Positions 1-10,022 of a DNA stretch of 64,000 nucleotides are shown here, piece by piece. The stretch is from assembly GCA_965248195.1 (NCBI GenBank), contig CBDFIQ010000001.1, forward strand, positions 1,024,001 through 1,088,000, read 5' to 3'. Position 1 is the stretch's first letter. The number at the start of each line of letters is the position of its first letter. Under the pieces are notes generated by a model. It was not told the origin of the DNA. It did not search any database and saw nothing but the letters and a program-made list of their open reading frames with translations. The position numbers were made by a program, and so were the translations under genes. This stretch comes from Longimicrobiales bacterium. Its GTDB lineage: Bacteria; Gemmatimonadota; Gemmatimonadetes; Longimicrobiales; Gaopeijiaceae.

Positions 1-36
1 ATAATTGGTATTGCGCCGGTCTCGAAAACCGGCGTC
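1..36 (+). pseudogene. Partial tRNA-Ser(CGA)-like sequence (D-loop plus anticodon arm); 5' part lies outside the window, no T-arm follows
   Basis: ATAATTGGTATTGC-G-CCGGT-CTCGAAA-ACCGG-CG closely matches 49525-49558 of the intact tRNA-Ser(CGA), with a compensatory stem change; it abuts the ABC permease stop codon at 37. Confidence 0.7.
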
Positions 37-1158
37 CTACGCCACTTCTCGTCTAAACCGAAGAGTCGCTAGGGTCAGGAGGGCGAGCCCCAGGAGCAGG
101 AGCGCAACGAACTGAGGCCAAAGCACATCGAGACCCGTCCCCTTGAGGAAGATGGCCCGCACGATCTCGATGTAGTGCCGGATCGGGTTCAAGATCGTGA
201 TGTCCTGGAAGATCTCGGGCATGCTGGACACCGGGAACATGAATCCGGACAGGAGCAGGGCGGGCATGAACACGAGGAATGTGCTCATGAACGCCTCTTG
301 CTGCGTCTTCGAGACGGTGGAGATGAGCAGACCCATGCCCAGGCCAGCCATGACATATAGGAGGCTGGCCATGAACAGGAGGAGGAGGCTGCCCCGGAGC
401 GGCACATCGAACCAGAAGACCGCCACCGTCGTCACGAGCACCAAATCGCCCATTGCGATGATCCCGAACGGTACCGTCTTCCCGACGATGAGCTCCCCCG
501 CGGTGAGTGGGCTGACCTTGAGCTGCTCCAGCGTTCCGATCTCACGCTCTCGAACGATGGCGAGTGAGGTGAGCAGCAGACAGACGAGCATGATGAGGGT
601 CCCGACCACCCCGGGAACGTTGTAATTGCGGCTGGCCAGCTCGGGGTTGTACCAGGCCCTTTCGCGTAGATCCACGGGAAGCGGCACGCCTGTCAGAACC
701 TGCTCGGCGGCACGCCCCTCGATGATGCGAGTGACGTAGCCCTGCGCCACCGCGGCCGTGTTGGAGTTGGTGCCGTCGAGGAGCACCTGGACCTGCGCCC
801 CACCGCCACCCAGCCAGGCTTCCGCGTATCCCCGCGGGATCTCGATTCCCAGGACGGCATCCCCTCGGTCCAAGGCATCGACGAGGTCGGAGGGTGACCG
901 CGAACGACCCGTTACTTCGAAGTATCCGGAGGCCGTCATTGCCGACACCAAGTCCCGTGACTCGCGCGTGTTGTCGTGATCGACCACGAACATCGACGCG
1001 TCGTCGAGATCGGTGGAAACGGCGTATCCGAACGCCATGAGCTGAATGATGGGAGCCACGAAGATCACCTGGGCTATCCGTGGGTCCCGGAAGATCTGCC
1101 GGAACTCCTTGGCAAGGACGCCGAAGATCCGCTCGAATCCGCTTGTCACCCCGCTCAC
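37..1158 (-). CDS. ABC-2 type transporter permease (YbhR-like)
   Basis: KEFRQIFRD N-terminus, REREIGTLEQL motif, LLSGFMFPVSSMP, multiple TM segments. Confidence 0.92.
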   Translation of the reverse strand: MSGVTSGFERIFGVLAKEFRQIFRDPRIAQVIFVAPIIQLMAFGYAVSTDLDDASMFVVDHDNTRESRDLVSAMTASGYFEVTGRSRSPSDLVDALDRGDAVLGIEIPRGYAEAWLGGGGAQVQVLLDGTNSNTAAVAQGYVTRIIEGRAAEQVLTGVPLPVDLRERAWYNPELASRNYNVPGVVGTLIMLVCLLLTSLAIVREREIGTLEQLKVSPLTAGELIVGKTVPFGIIAMGDLVLVTTVAVFWFDVPLRGSLLLLFMASLLYVMAGLGMGLLISTVSKTQQEAFMSTFLVFMPALLLSGFMFPVSSMPEIFQDITILNPIRHYIEIVRAIFLKGTGLDVLWPQFVALLLLGLALLTLATLRFRREVA

Positions 1159-2279
1159 TGGATCTCCTTCCTGAACGCCCGGGTGGCACCGTAGAGGCCT
1201 AGAACGGCGAAGGCGATCATGAGTAGGCCCTCGGTGGCCAACACCTCAACGCCCACTCCCTTCAGGAACACACCTCGGGTGACCACGAGGAAGTAGCGGG
1301 CGGGAATCAGGTAGGTGATGGCCTGTAGGGCCGGAGGCATGACTTCGATGGCGAACATGAACCCGGAAAGCAGAAACGCCGGGAGAAACGTGAGGATCAT
1401 CGCCAGCTGGGTGGCCAAGAGCTGTGAGCGTGCCACCGCCGAGATGAACATCCCCAACCCAAGGGCCCCCACGATGAAGGCGAGCGAAAGGATCATCAGG
1501 AGGCTGGGGCTGCCCCGGAACGGAACGTCGAAGAGAAGAACACCGACGAGGCTCACCAGGACCACGTCGATGACTCCGATGGCCACATAGGGCAGGAGCT
1601 TTCCAAGGACCACCTCGACCCGATGGACCGGGGTGGACACGAGCTGCTCCATGGTACCCCGCTCCCACTCCCGGGCGATGGTCAGCGACGTGAGCATGGC
1701 GGCGATGATCATCATGATGACCGCCACGAGCCCCGGGACGATCATGTTCCTGCTCAGGAGCTCCTCGTTGTACCACACCCGGGTCTCTGCGCGGACCATC
1801 GGGGGCCGCTCGGCTCCCGCCAGCAGGATATCGCTGGAGAACGAACGGACGATGCCCTGGGCGTATCCCAACGCGATGGTCGCCGAATTGGCGTCGCTGC
1901 CGTCGACGAGGATCTGGAGCGCGGCGGACCGCCCTCCATCGAGATCCCGGGCGAAGTCGGGCGGCAGCACGATGACCACGAGGGCCTCGCCCCGGTCCAG
2001 GACGTCCTCCACCTGCCCCTGCCGGGCCAGCCGGCGCACCACCGTGAAGTAGCCCGATGCCTCGAAGGCGTCGATCAGCTCTCGACTACGACTGGATCCG
2101 TCCAGGTCCAGGACGGCGGTACGGATGTCCTCGACGTCCCACGTGATAGCGTACCCGAACAAGACGACGAGAAGGGTCGGTAGAAGGAACGCGAGCAAGA
2201 GGCTCCTGGAGTCACGACGCAAGTGGAGAACTTCTTTGCGTGCCATGGCCAAGAGCCGGGTCCAGCTGAGCGTGCTCAC
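1155..2279 (-). CDS. ABC-2 type transporter permease (YbhS-like)
   Basis: AREWERGTMEQL motif, paralog of the downstream permease, 4-nt overlaps. Confidence 0.92.
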   Translation of the reverse strand: MSTLSWTRLLAMARKEVLHLRRDSRSLLLAFLLPTLLVVLFGYAITWDVEDIRTAVLDLDGSSRSRELIDAFEASGYFTVVRRLARQGQVEDVLDRGEALVVIVLPPDFARDLDGGRSAALQILVDGSDANSATIALGYAQGIVRSFSSDILLAGAERPPMVRAETRVWYNEELLSRNMIVPGLVAVIMMIIAAMLTSLTIAREWERGTMEQLVSTPVHRVEVVLGKLLPYVAIGVIDVVLVSLVGVLLFDVPFRGSPSLLMILSLAFIVGALGLGMFISAVARSQLLATQLAMILTFLPAFLLSGFMFAIEVMPPALQAITYLIPARYFLVVTRGVFLKGVGVEVLATEGLLMIAFAVLGLYGATRAFRKEIQ

Positions 2280-3295
2280 CCGCTCCTGGCTCCGCCCTCG
2301 TCACGGACGAGAGCCACGAACACGTCCTCGAGAGAGGGTTTGATCGGCTTCACGGACGTCACCTCGATGTCCGCCCGGGCCAGATGGGATCGGATGCGGT
2401 CGTCGGCGCCCTCTACCGAGTCCGTGGTCACGTGGAGGGAGCGACCGTACATCGCGGCATCGACGATCCCCGAGGTATCGTCCAACGCCTGCACGGCCCG
2501 GGACGGATGCTCCGCCCGGACCTCGAAGAGGGGCAGTTTCATGTCGGCCCGGAGGCCTGCCGCCGTGTTCAGAGCGATGAGGCGTCCCCGATTCATCAGG
2601 GCGAGCCGGTGACAGTACTCGGCCTCCTCCATGTAGTGAGTCGTGACGAAGACCGTGGTCCCGCCGTCCCCCAGCTCATGGATCAGGTCCCAGAACGCTC
2701 TACGCGCGATCGGGTCCACCCCGGACGTGGGCTCGTCCAAGAAGAGGATCGGTGGCTCATGCAGGACGGCACAGCCCAGGGCGAGCCTCTGCTTCCAGCC
2801 CAGGGGCAGCTCGCCCGTCAGACGGCCCCGGTGTTCGGTGAGCCCCGCCATCTCCACTACCCAGTCCGCTCGCTCTCGCCGGCGGCTCCCGGGAACCCCG
2901 TATAGGCGTGCGAAGAAGCGGATGTTCTCGTCGACGGTCAGATCGGCGTAGAGGGAGAACGCCTGAGACATGTAGCCGATGCGGCGCTTGATAGCACGCC
3001 GCTCCGTCGCCACGTCGAGGCCCGCCACGCGGCCCCCGCCCGAGGTTGGAGGAAGGAGCCCGGCGAGCATCTTGATGGTGGTGGTCTTGCCGGCTCCGTT
3101 GGGTCCCAGGAAGCCGAAGATCTCCCCCGAACGCACCTGAAACGTGACCCCATCGACTGCGACGAAGTCCCCGAAGTGACGCGTAAGGTCGCGGGCCGTG
3201 ACGGCGTGCTCGAGGTCCTGGGCTGGGTCCGGCGGCTGGTCCGGCGCCGGGTCCGCTGGCTCGCCCGTCGGGCGGGACGCCTCAGTCGGTGTCAT
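2276..3295 (-). CDS. ABC transporter ATP-binding protein
   Basis: Walker A GPNGAGKTT, Walker B LFLDEPT; start placed at MTPTEAS (ORF track starts at 3328). Confidence 0.92.
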   Translation of the reverse strand: MTPTEASRPTGEPADPAPDQPPDPAQDLEHAVTARDLTRHFGDFVAVDGVTFQVRSGEIFGFLGPNGAGKTTTIKMLAGLLPPTSGGGRVAGLDVATERRAIKRRIGYMSQAFSLYADLTVDENIRFFARLYGVPGSRRRERADWVVEMAGLTEHRGRLTGELPLGWKQRLALGCAVLHEPPILFLDEPTSGVDPIARRAFWDLIHELGDGGTTVFVTTHYMEEAEYCHRLALMNRGRLIALNTAAGLRADMKLPLFEVRAEHPSRAVQALDDTSGIVDAAMYGRSLHVTTDSVEGADDRIRSHLARADIEVTSVKPIKPSLEDVFVALVRDEGGARSG

Positions 3296-4361
3296 GGCCT
3301 CCGTCTCCGCTCCCGTCGCCGCCCCCACTCCCGTCTCCGTCTCCGCTCCCGTCTCCGCCCTCGCTCCCGTCTCCGTCTCCTTTCCCGTCTCCGCCCCCGA
3401 CTTGGTCTATGAACACATCCTCCAGTGACGGATCTTCGACGGCCTCCACGTGCACGTCTGAAAATCCCTCCGACTCGAGAGCGGTTTGGACCAAGCCCGG
3501 GCCGCCCGTCGCGTCCTGCAGCACTACATGTAGCCGATCACCGAACACGGATGCGCTGGCGACGAGCGGGGTTTCTTTCAGGATGTCCCGAGCCGCCCTC
3601 GACCGATCCCCGACCCGTACCGAGAGCAGCCGGCCAGCCAGCCCCCTCCGAAGCGCGTCGGGAGTATCGACCGAGAGGCTTCTGCCCGCTTGAAGAAAAG
3701 CCAGCCGATCGAACCGCTCGGCTTCGTCCATGTAGGCCGTGCTCACCACCACGGTCACACCCTCGTCCACCATCTCGTGGATGATCAGCCAGAGATCCCG
3801 GCGCGATATCGGGTCCACTCCGAAGGTCGGCTCGTCCAGGAGCAAGAGGTCCGGCCGATGGATCAAAGCGCACGAAAGCCCGAGCTTCTGCTTCATTCCG
3901 CCGGAGAGCGCCTCCGCCCGGCGGTCCTTGTAGGGTCCGAGGCCGCTGAACTCGTAGAGTCGTGCGAGCCTTTCGGGGCGTTGGTCCCGGGGCACACCGA
4001 AGAGGTCGGCGTAGAAATCGAGGTTCTCGCTGACCGTGAGGTCGTGGTAGAGGCCGAAGCGTTGAGACATGTAGGCGATCCGCGCCTTTACCGCCTCGGG
4101 GTCCTCGCCGACATCGGTGCCGAACACCCAGGCGTGCCCGCTCGAGGGAGGGAGGACGCCGGCGAGCATTCTCAGCGTCGTCGTCTTGCCGGCTCCGTCC
4201 GGGCCCACGAGACCGAAGAGCTCACCCGTCGCGACCTCCAGGGACAAGCCGTCCACGGCCACCAGTGGACCGAACGCCCGGGTCAGGCCCTCGGTCCGGA
4301 CTGCGCTGGCCGACCCCTCCCCGGTCAGTGCCTCCGCCGTTGGCTTCAGTCGGACGCTCAC
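3282..4361 (-). CDS. ABC transporter ATP-binding protein with Gly/Asp-rich tail
   Basis: GPDGAGKTT, LSGGMKQ, LLLDEPT. Confidence 0.92.
   Translation of the reverse strand: MSVRLKPTAEALTGEGSASAVRTEGLTRAFGPLVAVDGLSLEVATGELFGLVGPDGAGKTTTLRMLAGVLPPSSGHAWVFGTDVGEDPEAVKARIAYMSQRFGLYHDLTVSENLDFYADLFGVPRDQRPERLARLYEFSGLGPYKDRRAEALSGGMKQKLGLSCALIHRPDLLLLDEPTFGVDPISRRDLWLIIHEMVDEGVTVVVSTAYMDEAERFDRLAFLQAGRSLSVDTPDALRRGLAGRLLSVRVGDRSRAARDILKETPLVASASVFGDRLHVVLQDATGGPGLVQTALESEGFSDVHVEAVEDPSLEDVFIDQVGGGDGKGDGDGSEGGDGSGDGDGSGGGDGSGDGGHDTD
3300..3398. repeat. Low-complexity 6/18-bp repeats (CCGTCTCCGCTC-like) encoding the GDGSG tail
   Basis: Repeated ccgtct/ccgctc units. Confidence 0.75.
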
Positions 4362-5368
4362 CGGGCCACGCCACCCGTATCCAAGCGCACGTCAGCGGGC
4401 ATGCCCGGTTTGAGCTCGAAGGCCGGATCGCCCACGACCTGGACCTTTACCGCGTAGACGAGCTTCACGCGCTCCTCGGGCGTCTGGACGTTCTTGGGCG
4501 TGAACTCAGCCTCCGAAGCGATGAAGGTTACGCGCCCCTCATAGGTGCGGTCGGGATAGCTGTCCGAGGTGATGGTGGCGCGTTGTCCCAGCGCGACCCT
4601 ACCGATGCGGTCTTCCTGTACATAGATCCGCACCCAACGGTCATCCGGGTTCATCAGCGTTAGAACGGGAGCACCCGGTGGGGCTGTCTCACCCGGCTCC
4701 CGGTGCCTGACGGTCACCACCCCGTCGAACGGGGCCGTGATCATCGCGAAGGACAGGGTGGCGTCGAGGACCTGGATCCCGGCTTCGGCCGCAGCCACTT
4801 GAGCGGCCTGGGCCGTCACCCTCTCCGGGCGGGGTCCCGCCTCCAGAAGCCCCAGCGCCTCGCGCCGCTCGTCGGCCTGGATGCGAGAGAGGCGCAGGGC
4901 GAGCTCGCTCTTCTCCAGGGCCTCCCTGCTCACGGCCCCGCCGTCATGCAGAAGTGCGGTTCGCTCCAGGTCACGCTCGGCATCGTCCACCTGCTCCTGG
5001 GCGGCCCGGAGGCCGGCACGCCCCTGAGCGATCTCCTCGGCCCGGAACCCGCTCTGAAGCTCCGCCAATCCAGCCCGCGCCGCGGCAAGCTGAGCCACCA
5101 GCTGAGCACGGCGTGCATTGAGCTCGGACCGGTCGAGGCTCGCCAACTCCTGGCCGGTGGTGACGCGGTCACCCTCGCGAGCGCCGATCGCTTGGATCCG
5201 GCCGGCCGCCTGGAAAGCGAGCTGACCCTCGGTCGCCTCCACCGTACCGAAAGCCGTGAGCCCGTCCTCGGCCTCGCCGTCCCGCAGGAATCCGAACCAC
5301 ACGATGGCACCGGCGACTGCCAACACGACCGCCGCCAGAACAGGTTTAGGGGGTCGACGTCCGCTCAT
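4358..5368 (-). CDS. HlyD-family periplasmic adaptor (YbhG-like)
   Basis: N-terminal TM, lipoyl-like halves, coiled coil, EAEFTPKNVQT and LKPGMPA motifs. Confidence 0.92.
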   Translation of the reverse strand: MSGRRPPKPVLAAVVLAVAGAIVWFGFLRDGEAEDGLTAFGTVEATEGQLAFQAAGRIQAIGAREGDRVTTGQELASLDRSELNARRAQLVAQLAAARAGLAELQSGFRAEEIAQGRAGLRAAQEQVDDAERDLERTALLHDGGAVSREALEKSELALRLSRIQADERREALGLLEAGPRPERVTAQAAQVAAAEAGIQVLDATLSFAMITAPFDGVVTVRHREPGETAPPGAPVLTLMNPDDRWVRIYVQEDRIGRVALGQRATITSDSYPDRTYEGRVTFIASEAEFTPKNVQTPEERVKLVYAVKVQVVGDPAFELKPGMPADVRLDTGGVAR

Positions 5369-6786
5369 GATGCACCTCCCAGATTTTCTTCGAGCCAGCC
5401 CTCGTCGAGCTCGCCCACTGCCTTGGCGAGCTGGATCCGCGCCAGCACGGCCCCGTGCTCCACCTCACTGAGCGTGGCTCGCAGGGAGAGAAGGGTAGCC
5501 TCGGCCTGTAAGTAGTCCGCCTGCACGCCGGTGCCGGTCTCGAGACGCAGCCGTTCGATGCGGGCCACTTCCTCGGAGCGGTCCACGGCCAGGCGAAGGC
5601 TCACCGCACGGGCTTCGGTCTCCTCTAGAGTCGCCAGCGCCCTGTCGACTGATGCTGCCGCTCCGAGCTCGGCGAGACGTACGTTCTCGCGTTGTGCCTC
5701 TCGGAGTGCCTCGGCGCGGGAAACGGTGTGTCCCAGGCGCCCACCGGTGAAAAGGGGCATCGAGATGCCAAGGCCCACGTTCCATTCGGCGGTGAAGTGT
5801 CCGTGGAAGCTACCCTGGTCCACGTAGGCCGCCTGAAGATCCACGCTGGGCCGGCGGGCGCCCCGAGCGACGCCCACCGCGGCCTCGGCGGAGGTAAGAT
5901 CGTCCCTGGCCCGCTGGACGCCCGGATTGCTGGCCAGCGACTCCGAGAACAGGCGCGTCCGATCGGCGGCGCTTCCTGCCTGGAGGGTGATCTCCCGCAA
6001 GGCACGCTCGCGAAGGGAGCCGTCGGACAGGCCCATGAGTCGACCCAGGTCTCCCTCGGCCACGCGGCGCAGGGTGACCGTCCGGACCCGGTTCGCACCT
6101 GCGTCGGCCAGGGCCGCCTCGGCCCGAAGGACCTCCAGACGCGGAGCGCGCCCGACGGCCAGAAGAACCTGGACCCGCTCGAGCTCCGACTGCAGGGCGG
6201 CAATGCGCTGGTCATGGGCGTCCAGCTGTTCCCGAGCCAAGAGGACGGCGAGATAACTTGCGGCGACCTGACCGATGAGCTCCTGCCTGGCCGATCGAAG
6301 ATCGGACCGGGCGCCCCTCGCCTGTGACTCCGACTGGGAGATACGGGCTCCCCTGGCACCGCCGTCGTAGACCGTGTAGCCGACCATGGCTCCGGCCTGA
6401 AAGAGTGTCTCGTCGAAGGGAGGGACGAGGGAAGGCTCGAAACCATGAATGGGCGTGACGACCATGGGCTCTTCGAACTGCGTGGCGGCGCCGCGCAGGC
6501 TCAGAGACGGGAAGCGCTCCCCCACGCTCACTCTACGGGCCTCCTCGGCGGCTCGCTGGCGAGCGACTCCGCCCAGCAGGAAGGGGTGGGTGTCCAACGT
6601 CATCACCACGGCCTGGGAGAGAGTCAGTGTGGCACCGGAGGACGGAGGGTCCTCGGCCTGGGCGGCTACGCTCCGTGCCTGCCCGCCCATCCACGACACC
6701 GTGAGGCCCGCCAGGGCCGCCAGAACCCTCCGGAACCCGAGGGAGTCGGCCCCCGCCACGCGCCACGTCCGAGTACCCGAATTCAT
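5365..6786 (-). CDS. TolC-family outer membrane efflux protein
   Basis: Signal peptide, duplicated OEP pattern (VYDGG / PLFTGG), operon context. Confidence 0.88.
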   Translation of the reverse strand: MNSGTRTWRVAGADSLGFRRVLAALAGLTVSWMGGQARSVAAQAEDPPSSGATLTLSQAVVMTLDTHPFLLGGVARQRAAEEARRVSVGERFPSLSLRGAATQFEEPMVVTPIHGFEPSLVPPFDETLFQAGAMVGYTVYDGGARGARISQSESQARGARSDLRSARQELIGQVAASYLAVLLAREQLDAHDQRIAALQSELERVQVLLAVGRAPRLEVLRAEAALADAGANRVRTVTLRRVAEGDLGRLMGLSDGSLRERALREITLQAGSAADRTRLFSESLASNPGVQRARDDLTSAEAAVGVARGARRPSVDLQAAYVDQGSFHGHFTAEWNVGLGISMPLFTGGRLGHTVSRAEALREAQRENVRLAELGAAASVDRALATLEETEARAVSLRLAVDRSEEVARIERLRLETGTGVQADYLQAEATLLSLRATLSEVEHGAVLARIQLAKAVGELDEGWLEENLGGAS

Positions 6787-7397
6787 GATGCCTCCTTGGC
6801 GATGAGGGCCCTTCCCACGAACCGAACCGCATGCTCCTCCGCTTGGCTGGTAGAGAGACTGCCGGGGAAGCCGCTCGCCCGAGACAACAGCTGGCCCACC
6901 AGAGTCAGGTGGACGGGGAGAGCAATGATCCCGATCACCGTAGGGAGCATGTCCGACTCGAGGATGCTCCCGTCCTTCTGTCCTTCGCGAAGAAGGGTCG
7001 ACAGCGTCCCGATGCCGTGCTGCATGGTCTGTAGGACCGGTGCGATCGGCTCGACTCCCGAGGTCACCTGCTGGAGCATGAAGTTTGGCATGTCCGGATT
7101 CTCGTTCAGGTGGGCAAAGAAGGCCCGGACGACACCCTCGATCCTCTGAAGCGGCGTTCCCGGAACGGAGGCAGCCTCGGTGACTCGGTTTCTGAGGGGA
7201 GCGAGGGCGCTGTCCACCACGGCCTCGTACAGGCCTTCCTTACTCCCAAAGTGATACGTCACCGCCCCCAGGTTGGCGCGAGCTTCTCGTGTGATGGCCC
7301 GAAGGGAGGCCCCCTCGTATCCCTGGCGCGCGAAGATCCGTCGTCCGGCCGTCCGTAGCCGGGTGACTGTGTCGGTGTTCCGGGAGGACTTGGTCAT
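6783..7397 (-). CDS. TetR/AcrR-family regulator
   Basis: FARQGYEGASLRAIT...AVTYHFGSKEGLY HTH. Confidence 0.93.
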   Translation of the reverse strand: MTKSSRNTDTVTRLRTAGRRIFARQGYEGASLRAITREARANLGAVTYHFGSKEGLYEAVVDSALAPLRNRVTEAASVPGTPLQRIEGVVRAFFAHLNENPDMPNFMLQQVTSGVEPIAPVLQTMQHGIGTLSTLLREGQKDGSILESDMLPTVIGIIALPVHLTLVGQLLSRASGFPGSLSTSQAEEHAVRFVGRALIAKEAS

Positions 7398-7415
7398 ATC
7401 TATCCTTGGATTAAG

Positions 7416-7515
7416 TCATACGTTCGTATCAATTTAACCGGTAAGGAATGCGAGTCAAGTAGGGCACACCCGAAAATCCCTCTTGATCGGATCCAAGAGT
7501 AAAACGATTGTATGA
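7416..7515 (-). promoter_or_regulatory. Putative sigma70 promoter and TetR operators for the efflux operon
   Basis: Minus-strand TTGACT (7453-7458), 16 bp, TAAATT (7431-7436); palindrome ATACG-TT-CGTAT at 7418-7429 and a related site at 7501-7515. Confidence 0.55.
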
Positions 7516-7761
7516 GTGTCCGTACCGTTCCCCAGCAAGCCCCGCGGGGAAGAAGTCAGCGGCTGGGTAGCTGCTGGATACAACTCGGGGTTGGGCGACA
7601 ACAGTGGGACGACCTACATCGGCGTATATGCCGGCTTGACCTTTGCCGTCGGCGGTGAGTGACCACCCGGGCCGACCGCTCGGCGACCTGACGTCATCCG
7701 GGGGGGAGGTCCTACGCGGGCCTCCCCCTCTTCCTCTCTAAGGGCGGCCCACGCGCGCTGG

Positions 7762-8262
7762 CTACATGCCGGCCGATTGCTCTCCGGTGTGCTGGTCCGC
7801 GGCCGGCGGCGGTGGTGGTGGTGGTGCGCTAGTGTAGGCTGGCGCGGCGGCGGCGCTGCCCATGCCCAGAACCGCGCCGATAACCGCACCAGTGATGCCA
7901 GTCTGGATCACGACAATGATCGGATCGACGAGGGTGGCCGTGAGATTCGCGATGTTTGAGGTGCCGTAGTATGTGAAGTTCAGGCTGAGCCCCAACACCA
8001 GCCCAACGAGTGCGCCGGTCTTGATGCCGGCCCCCGCCGAAGAGTCCCCTCGCCAGACCATGATCATGGTGAGAAATCCTGCGAAGAGGACTTGTCCCAG
8101 GATCAGCGACCACCAGATTGGCACCTCTTTGAAGACGCCGGTAGCCGAGCCAACGTTGGTGGCATAGAAGTCCAACATCAGCATGCCGTAGAAAAGGTAT
8201 CCCACGACCATTGCAGCGATCCCGCCGGCCAGAGTGGCCATGGTGAGTTTCTTGAGAGCCAT
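7762..8262 (-). CDS. Four-TM membrane protein with Pro-rich tail, function unknown
   Basis: Hydrophobic segments, RBS GGAGG upstream. Confidence 0.75.
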   Translation of the reverse strand: MALKKLTMATLAGGIAAMVVGYLFYGMLMLDFYATNVGSATGVFKEVPIWWSLILGQVLFAGFLTMIMVWRGDSSAGAGIKTGALVGLVLGLSLNFTYYGTSNIANLTATLVDPIIVVIQTGITGAVIGAVLGMGSAAAAPAYTSAPPPPPPPAADQHTGEQSAGM

Positions 8263-8397
8263 CTCCCCCTCCTAATCCAATGGGTTCAGCTGTTCGGCCT
8301 CGGCCCGGCCAGCCCCTTGGTTATGCGCGGCAAAAGCACGGTTGAGGGAATCTATGGGGAGGGCAGGGTTTTCGCTAAGGGATTCACGGGCACAGCT

Positions 8398-8790
8398 TCA
8401 AGAAATCAGCACGTCCCTGACCAGGTCGAGCGCCTGCTCGGTCCGCTCGGTGGAGAGCGCCACCAGACCGTATCCCTCGCGCCGGCGAATGATGCGCACA
8501 CTGCGCAAGCGGATTCCTGCGTCGTGAAACCTTCGGGAGATTTTGGCCAGCGCCCCCGGCTCGTCCGCGAGCCGGATGACAATCGCATCCTCGCTCACCG
8601 CGGGAACACCCGCATCCCGCAGCGCCACCAGGGCCTCGTCATAGCGGTCGACGGTGAGGATCATGACGCCGTGGTCCTCGACCGTCTCCGCGTCCAGGGT
8701 CTCGATGTTGATTTCGCGCGCGGCCAGAACATCGGAGACGCGGGCCAGGAGACCCTCGGTAGTCTCGGCGACGATGGTGATCTGTTTCAT
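8398..8790 (-). CDS. Tandem ACT-domain protein
   Basis: GLLARVSDVLAAREINIE and DEPGALAKISRRFHDAGIRL are ACT-like repeats. Confidence 0.85.
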   Translation of the reverse strand: MKQITIVAETTEGLLARVSDVLAAREINIETLDAETVEDHGVMILTVDRYDEALVALRDAGVPAVSEDAIVIRLADEPGALAKISRRFHDAGIRLRSVRIIRRREGYGLVALSTERTEQALDLVRDVLIS

Positions 8791-8873
8791 GGCCTGGTGA
8801 TCTGTTTCATGGCCTGGTGATCTGTTTCATGGCCTGGTGATCTGTTTCATGGCCTGGTGATCTGCTTCATGGC
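8775..8873. repeat. Five tandem copies of a 20-bp unit TGGTGATCTGTTTCATGGCC
   Basis: Copies start at 8775, 8795, 8815, 8835 and 8855; the last has one substitution and is 19 bp. Confidence 0.97.
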
Positions 8874-10006
8874 TCCGTACCCGCGACGTCTCTAACGAGC
8901 TCGTCGACCAGTTCCCGAGTCACATGGGGCATGGTGATCATGTGCGCGATGTCGTGAGAGACTGCGATCTGCCACTTCTTCAGCACCGACGGCGCCGGAC
9001 GGGGAAAGACGACGGTGACGGAATTGTTGTTGCGCCAGGCGTCGACGCCCTCCTCGCGGAAGCGCTCGATCGCGTAATCGGCCATCTTCAGGCACCGGAC
9101 GACCATCTCACGTAATCCCGATCGCCCGAGCTTGCGGATGGCGGACCAGAGGAATAGAGGGCTCAACCCGTTCCGTGATCCCGAGATCGTCGTGTCGAGA
9201 GTCCCGACGTACTCCACGGACCGGGCGATGCGATCGACGTTGTTCTTTTTGGCCAGTACCACTCCGCACGGCATCGGAGAGCCCACCATCTTGTGGCCGC
9301 TCACCGAAATGGAATCGATCCCGGACGCGAAATCGTACGGCTCGGGGTCCTTCACGAAGGGCAGGATCAGCCCGCTCAGGGCCGCGTCACAATGGATATA
9401 GAAGCTCGGCAAGGCGAAGTCGTGCAGGATCTCGCGGATCGTGTCGACGTCATCCACCGCGCCCTTCATGGTCGTACCGATGTTCGCGAGGATGATCGGC
9501 GGGACATCGCGGTGGATCCGTATCGTCTCGCGCAGGTCTTCGTAGTCGATCTCGCCGTTCGCCTGAGCTTTGATCATGATGTTGCGCAGGGCCAGGACGC
9601 GTAGGACCTTGCTGACGCTGTAGTGGGTCTCCTCCGAGTAGTACACGATCCCTTCGAGTAGAAGCTCCCGCGCCAGGTACAGCCCGTACATGTTGCCCTC
9701 GGTCCCGCCGCTCGTGACGTAGCCCCAGTAGTTGTTCTCCGGAGCGCGGTACAACTTCGCGAAAAAACGGAGGACGTCCCGCTCGAACGACCGAGAGTGT
9801 ACCCGGTACGTGCTTTCTTCCACGAACGGGTCGCCGATATTGTTCAGAGGGAAGCGAAGGAATCGGTAGAGATCCGAGTAGTCGAACACGCCGTTGCTCG
9901 GATAACCGACGAAGCTGCTCGACTCCTTCTCCATCTCCCTGTAGAAGTCGTCCAGGCGCCCCTCGTCCTCGGCGGACAGGGGCGTGTTTTCGTTCATGGC
10001 TTCCAT
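8867..10006 (-). CDS. Group II PLP-dependent decarboxylase (histidine/serine decarboxylase-like)
   Basis: NNIGDPF, WGYVTSGGTEGN, HCDAAL, SGHK PLP lysine; start at 10006 or 9997. Confidence 0.88.
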   Translation of the reverse strand: MEAMNENTPLSAEDEGRLDDFYREMEKESSSFVGYPSNGVFDYSDLYRFLRFPLNNIGDPFVEESTYRVHSRSFERDVLRFFAKLYRAPENNYWGYVTSGGTEGNMYGLYLARELLLEGIVYYSEETHYSVSKVLRVLALRNIMIKAQANGEIDYEDLRETIRIHRDVPPIILANIGTTMKGAVDDVDTIREILHDFALPSFYIHCDAALSGLILPFVKDPEPYDFASGIDSISVSGHKMVGSPMPCGVVLAKKNNVDRIARSVEYVGTLDTTISGSRNGLSPLFLWSAIRKLGRSGLREMVVRCLKMADYAIERFREEGVDAWRNNNSVTVVFPRPAPSVLKKWQIAVSHDIAHMITMPHVTRELVDELVRDVAGTEP

Positions 10007-10022
10007 GCTCTCAACTTTCCGG

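Noticed and set aside
8775..8873. CRISPR array
   Set aside because: The units are contiguous with no spacers, and there are no cas genes in the window
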